The translations under genes were made by a program, and so were the position numbers. DNA of 64,000 bases from an uncultured Bacteroidales bacterium (GTDB taxonomy: Bacteria > Bacteroidota > Bacteroidia > Bacteroidales > UBA3824), in contig CAMOSO010000072.1 of assembly GCA_946624925.1 (NCBI GenBank), positions 9,029 through 73,028 on the forward strand, in the 5' to 3' direction. The notes beneath the pieces are model-generated. The model had not been told where the DNA came from. It searched no databases and saw nothing but the letters and a program-made list of their open reading frames with translations. Below, one piece after another: positions 18,517 to 28,883 of the stretch (positions are counted from its first letter, which is position 1; every line of letters starts with the position of its first letter).

Positions 18517-20124
18517 TTATTTTCCAAAAAACCTAACGTCATACGACGAAATGTCCTCCACATCAAAAGTACCGTCTATCTCCCTGCCCGACATTTCGAG
18601 GATTATAACCATAACGCTGTCATTTTCAGCACGGAGAAAACGCAACGGATTTTCCCTAAACGCCGTCAGATTGGCATTGATGGAATCCTGAACGGCATAT
18701 TCCAAAACAATTCTGTCGTTGCGAAACACCTTTAATCTATTGCTATCATAGTCGAAAATTGCATTACAATCCAACAGATAGCGATTTGCGCCATCTATCG
18801 GCACCGCGTCGCAGAAATCATTTGCCTTCAGATATTCCAAAGGGTGGTCGAACTCCAGACGTCGCCCATTGTCGTCAAACGAATACCAATAATTCCAATC
18901 CCCATATTTGTCACTGATAGAGTCGAGACGTGCTTTGAGGTAATAATACTCCGAACGCATCATCAGATATTTGGAATTTGCGACGCTGTCCTCTTTAATG
19001 TAATCAACATCAATATCATTGCGCAAATTCCAAGTGCTTGTATCAAAAACGCCAATCTCCTGAGCGTAAGCCACAAACCGCGAATATTGATTCCTCAAAC
19101 TGATATTGGCGGCAGAAATCGGCGGTATGCACGTGAAAATCACCATCACCGCCATCAAAACAAAAGTCATCAGATTGTAACGGTTGGCGGCGGGGATTTT
19201 CAGCATAAATGGAAATATAGTCATCAACACATTGACTATCAACAGATAAACACGCCATTCGGTGAGTCCGTATTCGTTGATGCGATAGATAGTGCCCACC
19301 CACAACAGCACGATAGGCGCAATGGCGATGTAGGCAAAGTTGTCATAAAACCAATTGAAATGGCTGTCCTGCACCAACTTATTGAGCAAATTGCCCACCA
19401 AAACCAGTCCAATATAAATGCTCACCATATAAGCCACGCCGCCGCGAGGAAGTTCCATCGCAAAGAGGATTTTCAATACATACACCAACAGCACCACCGT
19501 GTAAATCACCAATGCGGGCGACACGATGTAATCCATAACTATGCGCAAAAGCCGGCTCTCGTCATTTTCTTCACTGTTAATATGCTCCTGCAAATAACAG
19601 AATGTCAGAGGCATAATTACAAACCCAATGAAAATATTGACGTGCGCCAATAGATGCTTCAAATCAGCATTAAAAAGATAAATCACCGACCCGATAATGG
19701 CAGAAACCATCGCCGCCAAAATACCGCTCAACAACGCCGCCGACGCCATCTGTCCGAGCCTGGAAATCACAGTGTTGGCAAATTGCTTGTTATCATTTTT
19801 GGAGAGGTCGGCAGTCAGGACAATGGCGGCAATTATATTGAGCACCCAAAACCACGGCTGTTCTATTATTCTGCCGCTATGGAACAACAGAAACGCCACC
19901 CAAATCAAAAAATACGACGCATAATACGCTATCTTGTTGATTTTGCGGAGGGTAATTGCAATTACAAAAATTATGAAACAAAACGCCAACGGATAAAACC
20001 GGTGTACCACATTCTCCACTGCCAACATCGTCGCAATGGCAAACGTAAGCCCAATCGCAGTCTCCACAGGAAACTCCTTAGGCGCAGACTTCACAGATTC
20101 TAATATGTCTTTTATCTTAATCAT
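18517..20124 (-). CDS. Polytopic membrane protein (DUF4153-like) with a C-terminal soluble domain
   Basis: About 10 TM helices. Start trimmed to MIKIKDIL, 26 nt downstream of a TAtcTTTG -7 box (20150-20157 on the minus strand). Confidence 0.6.
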   Translation of the reverse strand: MIKIKDILESVKSAPKEFPVETAIGLTFAIATMLAVENVVHRFYPLAFCFIIFVIAITLRKINKIAYYASYFLIWVAFLLFHSGRIIEQPWFWVLNIIAAIVLTADLSKNDNKQFANTVISRLGQMASAALLSGILAAMVSAIIGSVIYLFNADLKHLLAHVNIFIGFVIMPLTFCYLQEHINSEENDESRLLRIVMDYIVSPALVIYTVVLLVYVLKILFAMELPRGGVAYMVSIYIGLVLVGNLLNKLVQDSHFNWFYDNFAYIAIAPIVLLWVGTIYRINEYGLTEWRVYLLIVNVLMTIFPFMLKIPAANRYNLMTFVLMAVMVIFTCIPPISAANISLRNQYSRFVAYAQEIGVFDTSTWNLRNDIDVDYIKEDSVANSKYLMMRSEYYYLKARLDSISDKYGDWNYWYSFDDNGRRLEFDHPLEYLKANDFCDAVPIDGANRYLLDCNAIFDYDSNRLKVFRNDRIVLEYAVQDSINANLTAFRENPLRFLRAENDSVMVIILEMSGREIDGTFDVEDISSYDVRFFGK

Positions 20125-20302
20125 AGCCAACAGATTTAGATTACAGTTGCAAAGATAAAGAAATATTGACAAAAGAGGAAAAAAATAACAAACTTTGAAA
20201 ATTAACATTAAATTAACGGCGGTTTACATACCTTTTTATTAATTTTGTACCGACAAAAAACTTTTGTCCTTAGAATAAAAATAACTAAAAAACCAACAAA
20301 AC

Positions 20303-21304
20303 ATGAAAAAATATTCATTTCTTGTAGCGGCGGCACTCCTGTTCTCCTGCACATTCTGTGCGTGCGGCGATGACGAAGAGGAGGAAGAGGAGCAGAAGCC
20401 TAATCCGCAAAACCAAGTTGACGACCAGACAGGCAAAGTCATTGACAACGGCGGCGATGTCAACAACACACCAAGCGATGACAACGGCGGCACAACCACA
20501 CCAAGCGATAACAACGGTGGCTCAACCGACGTGAAACTCTTTGACAAGAGAATCACATCAATCGCATGCACAGCACTCAACTACCTTGACGAAGGTGTTG
20601 CTACCTCCATCTACACATACGACTCCAATGGTCAAATTGCAAAAATGGAAAACAACCAAGACGGAACATTCGAGTATGTGTATTCTGACAACGAAATCAA
20701 AGTAATCAACACCTACGAAAACGACGACAACGCCATCGTAACAGAAACCAACGTTTTCAAATACGCAAACGGCTTTTTGACATCCGTTGACTACACCGAT
20801 GAAGATGGCGTCACTACCACTCAGACTCTCACCGACTTAAAGGTTGATGGCAACACAATCACCTTTACAGACAACGACATCCTCGAAGATGACGACGAAG
20901 ACACCCCCTACAAGGGCAACTACACCATTGTACTGGACAACAATTGCATCAAATCCATCAAAGTGGTGCAGGTAGAACCCGAAATGGGCGACAATTTCGA
21001 ATCATACGAATTCGAGTACGGTGACATCGAAAACGAGTACGCTGTGGACATCTTCACTCTCTTGATGGACGATATGTTCCCTTCCTTCACAACAATAAGG
21101 AACAAATATCTTCCGTCGAAAATGACCATCCACTCGAAAAACAGCAAGAGGGATGACACTTCCATTTACACCTTCACATACGGAAAGGACACCGAGGGAT
21201 ACGTAACTAAAATAACGATAAAATCCACCTCAAAAATGATATATCTCGAAGAAGGTTTTGAGGACGAAGACGACGATGATTTTGAATACGTAATCAACTA
21301 CTAA
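20303..21304 (+). CDS. Lipoprotein with a poly-acidic/low-complexity linker, function unknown
   Basis: Lipobox LLFSCTFCAC, then DDEEEEEEQ and a G/D/N/T-rich repeat (DDNGGTTTPSDNNGGSTD). Confidence 0.6.
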   Translation: MKKYSFLVAAALLFSCTFCACGDDEEEEEEQKPNPQNQVDDQTGKVIDNGGDVNNTPSDDNGGTTTPSDNNGGSTDVKLFDKRITSIACTALNYLDEGVATSIYTYDSNGQIAKMENNQDGTFEYVYSDNEIKVINTYENDDNAIVTETNVFKYANGFLTSVDYTDEDGVTTTQTLTDLKVDGNTITFTDNDILEDDDEDTPYKGNYTIVLDNNCIKSIKVVQVEPEMGDNFESYEFEYGDIENEYAVDIFTLLMDDMFPSFTTIRNKYLPSKMTIHSKNSKRDDTSIYTFTYGKDTEGYVTKITIKSTSKMIYLEEGFEDEDDDDFEYVINY

Positions 21305-21335
21305 CACACCCAAGTTAGCCAACATTACAATATCA

Positions 21336-21379
21336 AAACTGCGCCACAGACACACAGAATCTGCGGCGCAGTTTTTTTA
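21336..21379 (+). terminator. Rho-independent terminator
   Basis: AAACTGCGCCACAG ... CTGCGGCGCAGTTT stem followed by a T-run. Confidence 0.7.
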
Positions 21380-21427
21380 TTTGCATATTCCGTTACAAAT
21401 GAGTATCTTTGCGCAAATTTTGCAAAA

Positions 21428-21958
21428 ATGCCAACAAGCCACACCACATACCTATCCCTCGGCTCCAACATCCCCGACCGCGCCGCCAACCTCCGCCGCG
21501 CCGTCGAGCAAATTGCCGTGTCCGTTGGGACAGTAACAATGCAATCCCCAATCTACGAAACCCAATCGTGGGGATACAGCGACGAGGATTATCTCAACCA
21601 AACAATCAAAGTGGAGACCTCGCTCACGCCATTCCAACTATTGAAAACAATCAACGCCATCGAATCTGCCCTCGGTCGCGTCCGCAGCGGCAAAGGTTAC
21701 GAGGCGCGAACAATCGACATAGACATTTTGTTTTATGATAACAAAATACTTGACACACCACAACTTACAATACCTCATCCAAAAATTGCTTTAAGACGAT
21801 TCGTATTGCAACCTACGGCAGACATCGCACCAGATTTTGTGCATCCGAGGATTGGTAAGACGATTAGGCAATTGTTGGAGGAGTGCGAGGATACGGGACA
21901 ATGCACAATGCATAATTCAAAAATCAACAAATCAAAATTTGAAAATTACTTGCAATGA
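21428..21958 (+). CDS. folK: 2-amino-4-hydroxy-6-hydroxymethyldihydropteridine diphosphokinase (HPPK)
   Basis: YLSLGSN...SPIYETQSWGY...RTIDIDILFY...LTIPHP...RRFVLQP are HPPK signature blocks. A TAtcTTTG box lies upstream. Confidence 0.9.
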   Translation: MPTSHTTYLSLGSNIPDRAANLRRAVEQIAVSVGTVTMQSPIYETQSWGYSDEDYLNQTIKVETSLTPFQLLKTINAIESALGRVRSGKGYEARTIDIDILFYDNKILDTPQLTIPHPKIALRRFVLQPTADIAPDFVHPRIGKTIRQLLEECEDTGQCTMHNSKINKSKFENYLQ

Positions 21959-23937
21959 TTTCCATAAACAACGTAACAGTAACATTTTCAGGCAACGACC
22001 TGTTTCAAGACATAAGTTTTGTAATCAACCCCAAGGATCGCATCGGTCTTACGGGCAAGAATGGCGCGGGCAAATCTACGCTTCTGAAAACAATCGTCGG
22101 CATCCAGCCACTGGACGGCGGCTCTATAACTATTCCAAACGGCGTAACACTCGGCTACCTGCCTCAACAAATGGAACTCCCAGAAGGGCGCACCGTGATA
22201 GAGGAAGCATTGACGTGTTTTGAAGACGCCAAAAAACTCGAAGAGGAAATCAACCAGCTTTCCACACAAATAGCCTCGCGAACCGACTACGAATCAGAAT
22301 CTTACATGACGTTGATTCACCGAATGACCGAAGCCACAGAACGACTTGAACTCCTCGGCGGCTCCAAGCGTGAAGCGGAGACCGAAGTCGTATTGAAAGG
22401 TCTTGGATTCCGCCAAACGGACTTTACAAGGCAGACATCCGAATTCTCGGGCGGTTGGAAAATGCGCATCATCCTTGCCAAAGTGATACTCCGCAAGCCG
22501 AGCGTATTCCTACTCGACGAGCCTACCAACCACCTCGACATCGAATCTATCCAATGGCTCGAGGATTTCCTGAAAGACTATCCCGGAGCGGTAGTCTTGA
22601 TAAGCCACGACCGCACCTTCCTCGACAACGTAACACGCAGAACCATAGAGATTTCGCTTGGAAAAATCTATGATTATAACGCGCCTTACACCAAATACCT
22701 CGAACTCCGCAAGGAACGCCGTCAACAGCAAATTGCAGCCTACGAAAACCAGCAAAAAATCATCAAAGACACCGAAGATTTCATCGAAAAATTCCGTTAC
22801 AAGCCTACCAAATCCAACCAAGTGCAATCGCGCATCAAAATGTTGGACAAGATGGAAAGACTGTCGGTGGATTTGGAGGACAATAGTAGCATACACTTCA
22901 AATTTCCGCCCGCGCCGCGCTCCGGTCAGATTGTAGTGAAAGCCACGCACATGACCAAGGCATTCGGCGACAAAGTGATTTTGAAAGATATTGATTTTCA
23001 GCTTGAACGCGGCGAAAAGGTTGCATTTGTAGGACGCAACGGCGAGGGCAAAACCACCTTCTCGCGTTGCATCATCGGTCAGTTGCCATACGAAGGGGAA
23101 TTGAAACTCGGCTACAACGTATCAATCGGCTATTACGCCCAAAATCAGGACGAACTCCTCGACCTCAACAAAACTGTTTTTCAGACACTTGACGACATTG
23201 CAACGGGCGATATGCGCACCAAAGTACGCGACATACTCGGCGCGTTTCTCTTTGGCGGCGAAGACATCGACAAGAAGGTAAAAGTGCTGTCAGGCGGCGA
23301 GCGTGCGCGATTGGAGATGGCCAAATTATTGTTTGAACCATATTCGCTCCTCGTGCTCGACGAACCCACCAACCACCTCGACATCCGCAGCAAGGAAATC
23401 CTCAAGCAAGCCCTCTTGAAATATGACGGCACATTGATTTTGGTAAGCCACGACCGCGACTTTCTCCACGGCCTTGCCGACACAATCTACGAGTTTCGCG
23501 ACCAAAAGATAAAGCAATACAAAGGCGACATCACATACTTCCTCGAAAAACTCAAATTGCAGAACATGAAGGAGTTTGAGTTGCAGAAGTCAACATCTAC
23601 TTCAATGTCGTCCTCTGCCGCAAAAACGTCTCAGCAACCCCAACCTAAAACCGAATCGCCCTCCCCCACCCCATCATCCGGCAAGGAAGACTATCTGCAA
23701 CGCAAGGAACGCGAGCGCGCCCTCCGCAAACTCAAATCGCAAGTAGAAAAATCGGAAGCCCGCATCGCCGAACTCGAAGCCCAACAACAGGGAATCCAAC
23801 AAAAACTCTCCCTGCCCGAAAACCAGACCGACATGTCCCTATTCGAGCAATACGAGGCATTGAAAACCGAACTCGAAAAAGAAATGGCATATTGGGAAGA
23901 CGCCACGATGCAATACGAGGAGGCAGGCGGGAAATAA
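21955..23937 (+). CDS. ABC-F family ATPase (translation-factor type) with a C-terminal coiled coil
   Basis: Two NBDs (GKNGAGKST, GRNGEGKTT; LSGGWKMR, LSGGERAR) joined by a linker. No TM domain. ATGA overlap with folK. Confidence 0.9.
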   Translation: MISINNVTVTFSGNDLFQDISFVINPKDRIGLTGKNGAGKSTLLKTIVGIQPLDGGSITIPNGVTLGYLPQQMELPEGRTVIEEALTCFEDAKKLEEEINQLSTQIASRTDYESESYMTLIHRMTEATERLELLGGSKREAETEVVLKGLGFRQTDFTRQTSEFSGGWKMRIILAKVILRKPSVFLLDEPTNHLDIESIQWLEDFLKDYPGAVVLISHDRTFLDNVTRRTIEISLGKIYDYNAPYTKYLELRKERRQQQIAAYENQQKIIKDTEDFIEKFRYKPTKSNQVQSRIKMLDKMERLSVDLEDNSSIHFKFPPAPRSGQIVVKATHMTKAFGDKVILKDIDFQLERGEKVAFVGRNGEGKTTFSRCIIGQLPYEGELKLGYNVSIGYYAQNQDELLDLNKTVFQTLDDIATGDMRTKVRDILGAFLFGGEDIDKKVKVLSGGERARLEMAKLLFEPYSLLVLDEPTNHLDIRSKEILKQALLKYDGTLILVSHDRDFLHGLADTIYEFRDQKIKQYKGDITYFLEKLKLQNMKEFELQKSTSTSMSSSAAKTSQQPQPKTESPSPTPSSGKEDYLQRKERERALRKLKSQVEKSEARIAELEAQQQGIQQKLSLPENQTDMSLFEQYEALKTELEKEMAYWEDATMQYEEAGGK

Positions 23938-23954
23938 CCTCAAAACAGACATTT

Positions 23955-24917
23955 ATGATGATACGCAAATTACTGACAATATTATCGTTGACAACTGTCA
24001 TTTCAAGTTGTGGTAAAAACGACGACCACCCCGCCGACATTCCGCCGCAGCCCCAATACCAAGACACCGCGCAGTGGTACGTCAGCGACAGGAAAGCCGA
24101 CGTGGACATTTTCTACATAATCTCCACCGAAATCGGCGACTACATCACCGACAATGGCATCACACGTCATTTTGCCGATACTTACAACGACAGCCTCCGC
24201 GCCCCGATGCTCGCCGAAATGACAGGCGTGGATGCAATTGTGGGCGACAAGTTCAACTTTTTTTCGCCATATTACCGTCAATGTTCGTTACAAACATACG
24301 CTGACGACAGCACCATCGACGCTCGTATGCCGCTGCCGACAGAAGATGTAAGGCGGGCTTTCAATCATTACATCAAGCGAATCAACCCGTCGCGACCGTT
24401 CATAATCGCCGGATTCAGCCAAGGCGCGATGATAGCAATCGAACTCCTAAAAGAGATGGATTCGCAGACCTACTCAAGGATGATAGCCGCCTACGTCATC
24501 GGCGCGACAATCGATTCTGCCACCGTACACGCCACCAAATACCTCGTCCCCACCCAAGGAGCCGACGACACCGGCGTTACGATATGTTACAATTCGGTAC
24601 GCGAGCCAAGTTGCGCCCTCGACATGTTTGGACATAGCGCGGTCTGCATCAATCCCGTATCTTGGACTACAGACCCCACACCGGCAACCCTCATCACCGA
24701 AACTACCTTCAACACCACTACCAAAGACACCCTGACAGTCCGCATTGATGCCGCAACAGGCCTTCTCTGCGTGGAAGGCGTTACAGCCAACGACTACATC
24801 CTGCCCCTCATCGGCAAGGAAGGCAACTATCACTCCCGCGAAATTTGGTTTTACCGCGACTGCCTGAAAGCCAACATGGAGGCGAGGGCGGAGAAATTTA
24901 GAAATGGCAAGCATTAA
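23955..24917 (+). CDS. DUF3089-like alpha/beta-hydrolase lipoprotein
   Basis: Start trimmed to the lipoprotein signal MMIRKLLTILSLTTVISSC. Motifs VDIFYIISTE...SPYYRQ...FIIAGFSQGAM (nucleophile elbow). Confidence 0.65.
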   Translation: MMIRKLLTILSLTTVISSCGKNDDHPADIPPQPQYQDTAQWYVSDRKADVDIFYIISTEIGDYITDNGITRHFADTYNDSLRAPMLAEMTGVDAIVGDKFNFFSPYYRQCSLQTYADDSTIDARMPLPTEDVRRAFNHYIKRINPSRPFIIAGFSQGAMIAIELLKEMDSQTYSRMIAAYVIGATIDSATVHATKYLVPTQGADDTGVTICYNSVREPSCALDMFGHSAVCINPVSWTTDPTPATLITETTFNTTTKDTLTVRIDAATGLLCVEGVTANDYILPLIGKEGNYHSREIWFYRDCLKANMEARAEKFRNGKH

Positions 24918-24970
24918 ACCATACCGCCCTCAATGCAATCTAACAACCAAAAATCATTAATCTCAACATT

Positions 24971-25615
24971 ATGTACAAAAAAATCATCCTTTGTGCCGCA
25001 ATGGCACTTTTTGCATTGTCGGGCTGCAACAGCGGCAATACCAACAGCACACATCCATCACCGACGCCAGAATCGTCAGCGTCGCCGTCATTTGACGAAG
25101 TATTGAAGACCAGGCGCAGCATCCGCAGTTACGACGCTTCGAAGAAAATCTCCGAAGCCGAAGTGCGCACGCTCCTTACCGCCGTACAGGAAGCGCCGTT
25201 ATGGGCAAATCAGCAACCCACAAAGTATTACGTGGCTATAAGTAAAGAAAAACTTGAAGCCGTGCAAAACCTCGTCGGCGGCAACAAGGAGCGCATCCAA
25301 AACGCCCCCGTACTCATCGTATCTACCTACGAAAGAGGCAAATCGGGCTTCTTCAACGGCAACGCCACCAACGAAATCGGCGACGGCTGGGGCGCATACG
25401 ACAACGGACTGAGCAACTGTTACCTCATTATGCAGGCGCGCGCAATGGGTTTTGACACGTTGATAATGGGAATGCGCGATTCCGACGGCCTCCGCAAGGA
25501 GTTCAACATCCCTGCCGAAGAGACTGTGATGGCTGTCATCGCCCTCGGCTACCGCTCCGGCGAACCCAAACAGCCCGGACACAGACCCTTTGACGAGGTT
25601 GTGAAATTCTTCTAA
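24971..25615 (+). CDS. Nitroreductase-family flavoprotein carrying a lipoprotein signal peptide
   Basis: Lipobox ALSGC, then RRSIRSYD and the nitroreductase core. Confidence 0.8.
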   Translation: MYKKIILCAAMALFALSGCNSGNTNSTHPSPTPESSASPSFDEVLKTRRSIRSYDASKKISEAEVRTLLTAVQEAPLWANQQPTKYYVAISKEKLEAVQNLVGGNKERIQNAPVLIVSTYERGKSGFFNGNATNEIGDGWGAYDNGLSNCYLIMQARAMGFDTLIMGMRDSDGLRKEFNIPAEETVMAVIALGYRSGEPKQPGHRPFDEVVKFF

Positions 25616-26412
25616 GAGGACACAATATCCTGAATCACCAATCCCGAAATCGTAAAACCAAAAATCGCCGTTATGTGCGCCACAGTGCCGTTGATTTGCG
25701 CTTTTGACGAACACCATTCGTGGTTGACAAGGCTTGGGTTGCCGGCGGCGATTATTGCTTTTGGACACATACACGCGCTTGTGCCGCACGTAGAAGCCTT
25801 GCCCTTGTTGCAAAGCAATTCGGGCGAATAGACGCACAAAAACTTCTTTTTGGGGAACGTGTGGTTGCGCTTGAACCTATTGCGCACCGCCCTCGCCAAC
25901 GGACAGCCCTGCACCTTCCAAAACTCCGCCACCTGCACTTTGGTAGGGTCCATCTTGAGAGCCGCGCCCATCGCCGAAAACAATTTGCCATTACATTCGG
26001 TGGCGCGAAGTATCAGATTTGCTTTATGTTGGAGGCTGTCAATTGCATCAATGATATAATCGTAATCGTCGAGATGAAACATAGCGTCGTTCTCGGCAGT
26101 ATAAATTTCCTGCATGGCATTGATTTCGGCATCGGGATTAATCTCCAACAACCTGTCTCTCAAGACATCCACCTTCACAAGACCGACGGTCTTGGTCGTA
26201 GCCTGCAACTGACGGTTTACATTTGTGATGCACACACGGTCGCTATCCACGATGGTAAGACGCCTGATGCCGCTGCGCACAAGGCTCTCCGCGCACCAAC
26301 TCCCGACGCCGCCCACGCCAAATATTATCACACGCTTGCTCCCGATGCGCTCCATCGCATCCTCGCCCAAAAGAAGGCTCTGCCTATTAAAAATCGCGCT
26401 CTCTCGTTTCAT
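25612..26412 (-). CDS. tcdA: tRNA threonylcarbamoyladenosine dehydratase (ThiF/E1-like, TcdA/CsdL)
   Basis: VIIFGVGGVGSWCAESLVRSGIRRLTIVDSDRVCITNVNRQ. Start trimmed to MKRESAIFNRQ. Confidence 0.85.
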   Translation of the reverse strand: MKRESAIFNRQSLLLGEDAMERIGSKRVIIFGVGGVGSWCAESLVRSGIRRLTIVDSDRVCITNVNRQLQATTKTVGLVKVDVLRDRLLEINPDAEINAMQEIYTAENDAMFHLDDYDYIIDAIDSLQHKANLILRATECNGKLFSAMGAALKMDPTKVQVAEFWKVQGCPLARAVRNRFKRNHTFPKKKFLCVYSPELLCNKGKASTCGTSACMCPKAIIAAGNPSLVNHEWCSSKAQINGTVAHITAIFGFTISGLVIQDIVSS

Positions 26413-26552
26413 TTTCAATGATTTGTTTTTTTGACGGCACAAAATTAGCAAAAAAACGAAAAACACAGTATCAGGGCAGACGAAAAGCCGAAATTATTTG
26501 CATATCTCCCAAAATAACTATACCTTTGCGAAAAACAAAACGAATCGCAACT

Positions 26553-28127
26553 ATGGGCATCTACTTGAATCCATCCAACATCGGCTTCAAAGAAATATTA
26601 GCCGCTAATATTTATGTTGATAAAACAATGTTAATCAGCGAATTAAATAAGTTTATCGACAACAAAAAAAAATATATATGCATCTCACGACCAAGGCGTT
26701 TTGGCAAAACTATCGCCACAAATATGCTATGTGCCTACTATTCCAAGGGCTGCGATTCGAGGGATATATTTAAGGCACTCAAAATCTCCAAGGCAAAGAA
26801 TTACGAGGAGTATCTCAACAAACTGAATTTCATTGCAATAGATATTGCAAGCGAGTACCAAAACGCGAAGGATAAAGACAAAATGCTCGACAAACTGAAC
26901 GCAAAATTGAATAGAGAGTTCAAGAAAGAATTTCCCACCGTTGATTTTTCGCTTTGTGAAACCTTCGCCGATTGTATGTTGGAGGTTTACGCCGCTACAA
27001 ACGAGCGTTTTGTAATCATTCTCGACGAATACGACTGTCTTGTGCGCGACCAATTCGGAACGCATTTGTTCGCTGACTACCTTGAGTTTCTCAACGGACT
27101 ATTCAAGAGCAACACATTGAAACCCGCAATCGCATTGGCATACATCACAGGAATCCTGCCTGTCGTAAGAGACCGCGTACAGAGCAAACTCAACAATTTT
27201 GCGGAATATACAATCCTCGACGCATACGAACTCGCAGAATACACGGGATTTACAGAAAAAGAAGTGCGTCCGCTGTGCAAAAAATACAAAATCGACTTTG
27301 CCAAATGCAAACAACAATACGACGGCTATGCTCAAAACGGCTATGAACTTTACAACCCCGAATCGGTCGTTAAATGTATGTTGACCAAAAAATTTGAAAA
27401 CCATTGGGGCAAAACATCATCATACGCCGTAATCACCGACCGACTCAAACACAACTACAAGGGCGCAAAGGAAGACATCATAAAAATGCTTGCAGGCGAG
27501 AGGGTCAAGGTCAACGTTACAAGTTACATGAACACGATGACCGACTTCATCACCAAGGACGATGTGTTTACATACCTGATCCATCTTGGTTATTTGGCGT
27601 ACAACAACGAAGACAACACCTGCCGGATTCCCAACCTTGAAGTGCGCAACGAATGGAACAACGCCATCGCCGCTATGCCCGATTATTCCAAGACCGACGA
27701 AATCATCAAGGCATCGGAAGAACTTCTATATCAGACAATTGCAAAAAACGCCGATGCGGTTGCCAAAGCCCTCGACGAAACACACATCCACGTTACCTCT
27801 CACCTCAGTTACAACAACGAGGACGCCCTTGCATCTGCGATTTACCTTGCATACGTCCACGCCCTCAACGAATACACCATCATCAAGGAAATGACGGCGG
27901 GCAAAGGCTTCGCCGACGTGGTATTCATACCCGCAATCACTGACAAACCCGCAATGGTAATCGAACTCAAACGCAACGACACCACCGAGAGCGCAATCAA
28001 GCAAATAAAAGAGCGTCAATACTTTGAACCATTAGGTAAATACAAAGGTCACCTCCTCTTGGTGGGCATCAACTACGACGAAAAAACACAAACCCACACC
28101 TGCCAAATCGAGGACTGGGAACAATGA
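26553..28127 (+). CDS. AAA-ATPase-like N-domain plus PDDEXK_9 nuclease-like C-domain protein (paralog 1)
   Basis: Start trimmed to MGIYLNPSN, after a TAccTTTG box. SRPRRFGKT Walker-like motif; C-terminus GKGFADVVFIP...VIELK (PD-ExK). Confidence 0.75.
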   Translation: MGIYLNPSNIGFKEILAANIYVDKTMLISELNKFIDNKKKYICISRPRRFGKTIATNMLCAYYSKGCDSRDIFKALKISKAKNYEEYLNKLNFIAIDIASEYQNAKDKDKMLDKLNAKLNREFKKEFPTVDFSLCETFADCMLEVYAATNERFVIILDEYDCLVRDQFGTHLFADYLEFLNGLFKSNTLKPAIALAYITGILPVVRDRVQSKLNNFAEYTILDAYELAEYTGFTEKEVRPLCKKYKIDFAKCKQQYDGYAQNGYELYNPESVVKCMLTKKFENHWGKTSSYAVITDRLKHNYKGAKEDIIKMLAGERVKVNVTSYMNTMTDFITKDDVFTYLIHLGYLAYNNEDNTCRIPNLEVRNEWNNAIAAMPDYSKTDEIIKASEELLYQTIAKNADAVAKALDETHIHVTSHLSYNNEDALASAIYLAYVHALNEYTIIKEMTAGKGFADVVFIPAITDKPAMVIELKRNDTTESAIKQIKERQYFEPLGKYKGHLLLVGINYDEKTQTHTCQIEDWEQ

Positions 28128-28281
28128 ATTAACATTTTTATACACATCCATTCCAACCGCCTGAAACACTGTTCGCATACAACATTGGCGGTTTTTGAGG
28201 GGCAGAAGCCTTAATATATTTTTGCGCAGTTTTTTTTTGGAAAAAAGTTGTGATTTTTTTTGCAGATTACAAAATCTTATC

Positions 28282-28560
28282 TACCTTTGCACGTGTCATA
28301 ATGGCGACATCATGACACAAAACATACGGCATTAGCAATTGTCACATTCAAAACAAAAGTGTAGGAAGCTGTTGGATTTTGAAAACAGACAACGACTAAT
28401 CTCAATTTTCACACTCTCATAGTGTCGGAAAGCCGAACTCTAACAAATGCAAACTGATGCTTGCACCTTCCGAGGTGCAGGTTTAATCTGTTATTTGTTA
28501 GATGGGGTTCTTTCCTACACTCCCCAAGAATGTGGATAGATTGTCTGCACCTTTTTCTTT
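28282..28560 (+). ncRNA. Candidate structured ncRNA or long 5' leader of the 28635-30726 operon
   Basis: TAccTTTG -7 box at 28282-28289. Helices: hairpin 28294-28317 (GNRA-like GCGA loop); 28359-67/28512-20; 28440-48/28493-501; 28463-68/28473-78. The 3' strand of that GC hairpin can instead pair with 28545-51, which is followed by a T-run. No ORF longer than a few codons. Confidence 0.35.
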
Positions 28561-28634
28561 TCTATAATTCCTACCGCAAGTTTTTGAAGACTGCCAATTG
28601 AAACTCCGTGATTAGCAATCAAACAAAAAGAACA

Positions 28635-28883
28635 ATGCACAGAGCCAGCAAATACGTGTTTCTGATTGTTGTGGCACAGATTCCAATTAGCATTTTGTCA
28701 GTGCTAATTCCAATCAATCCGCAAAACATCATTGACGTAGGCGGAACCGCACTTTATACGGACACATACCTAATTCTTTGGATTCCTGTCGTATTGATTC
28801 TCATTTGGTTTGCCATCACAGATGTCCGCGAAACAATGAAGGAGAAAAACAAACAGAACGATTTAAAAGCCGAAATCAAATGA
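28635..28883 (+). CDS. Small two-TM membrane protein (82 aa from the ATG)
   Basis: Two hydrophobic helices. The stop overlaps the next start (ATGA). Confidence 0.45.
   Translation: MHRASKYVFLIVVAQIPISILSVLIPINPQNIIDVGGTALYTDTYLILWIPVVLILIWFAITDVRETMKEKNKQNDLKAEIK

Noticed and set aside
28301-28310. Shared 10-mer ATGGCGACAT, plus a similar TTTGCA..GTGTC..ATAA context and a shared AGTGTCGGA 9-mer, near the 5' ends of the 28.3-kb RNA and the RT-associated ncRNA (51068-51077). A related ATGGCGA also follows a -7-like box at 36410. I considered whether these RNAs are homologs or share an RT recognition site.
   Set aside because: The rest of the two RNAs neither aligns nor folds alike. ATGGC is a favoured start context here (many genes begin MA...), and each occurrence opens only a tiny ORF (MATS*, MATYIAILIPSRTFY*, MAMHYE*). 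Chance, or short upstream ORFs, is the more economical explanation. It would be worth a covariation check only if homologs are found.
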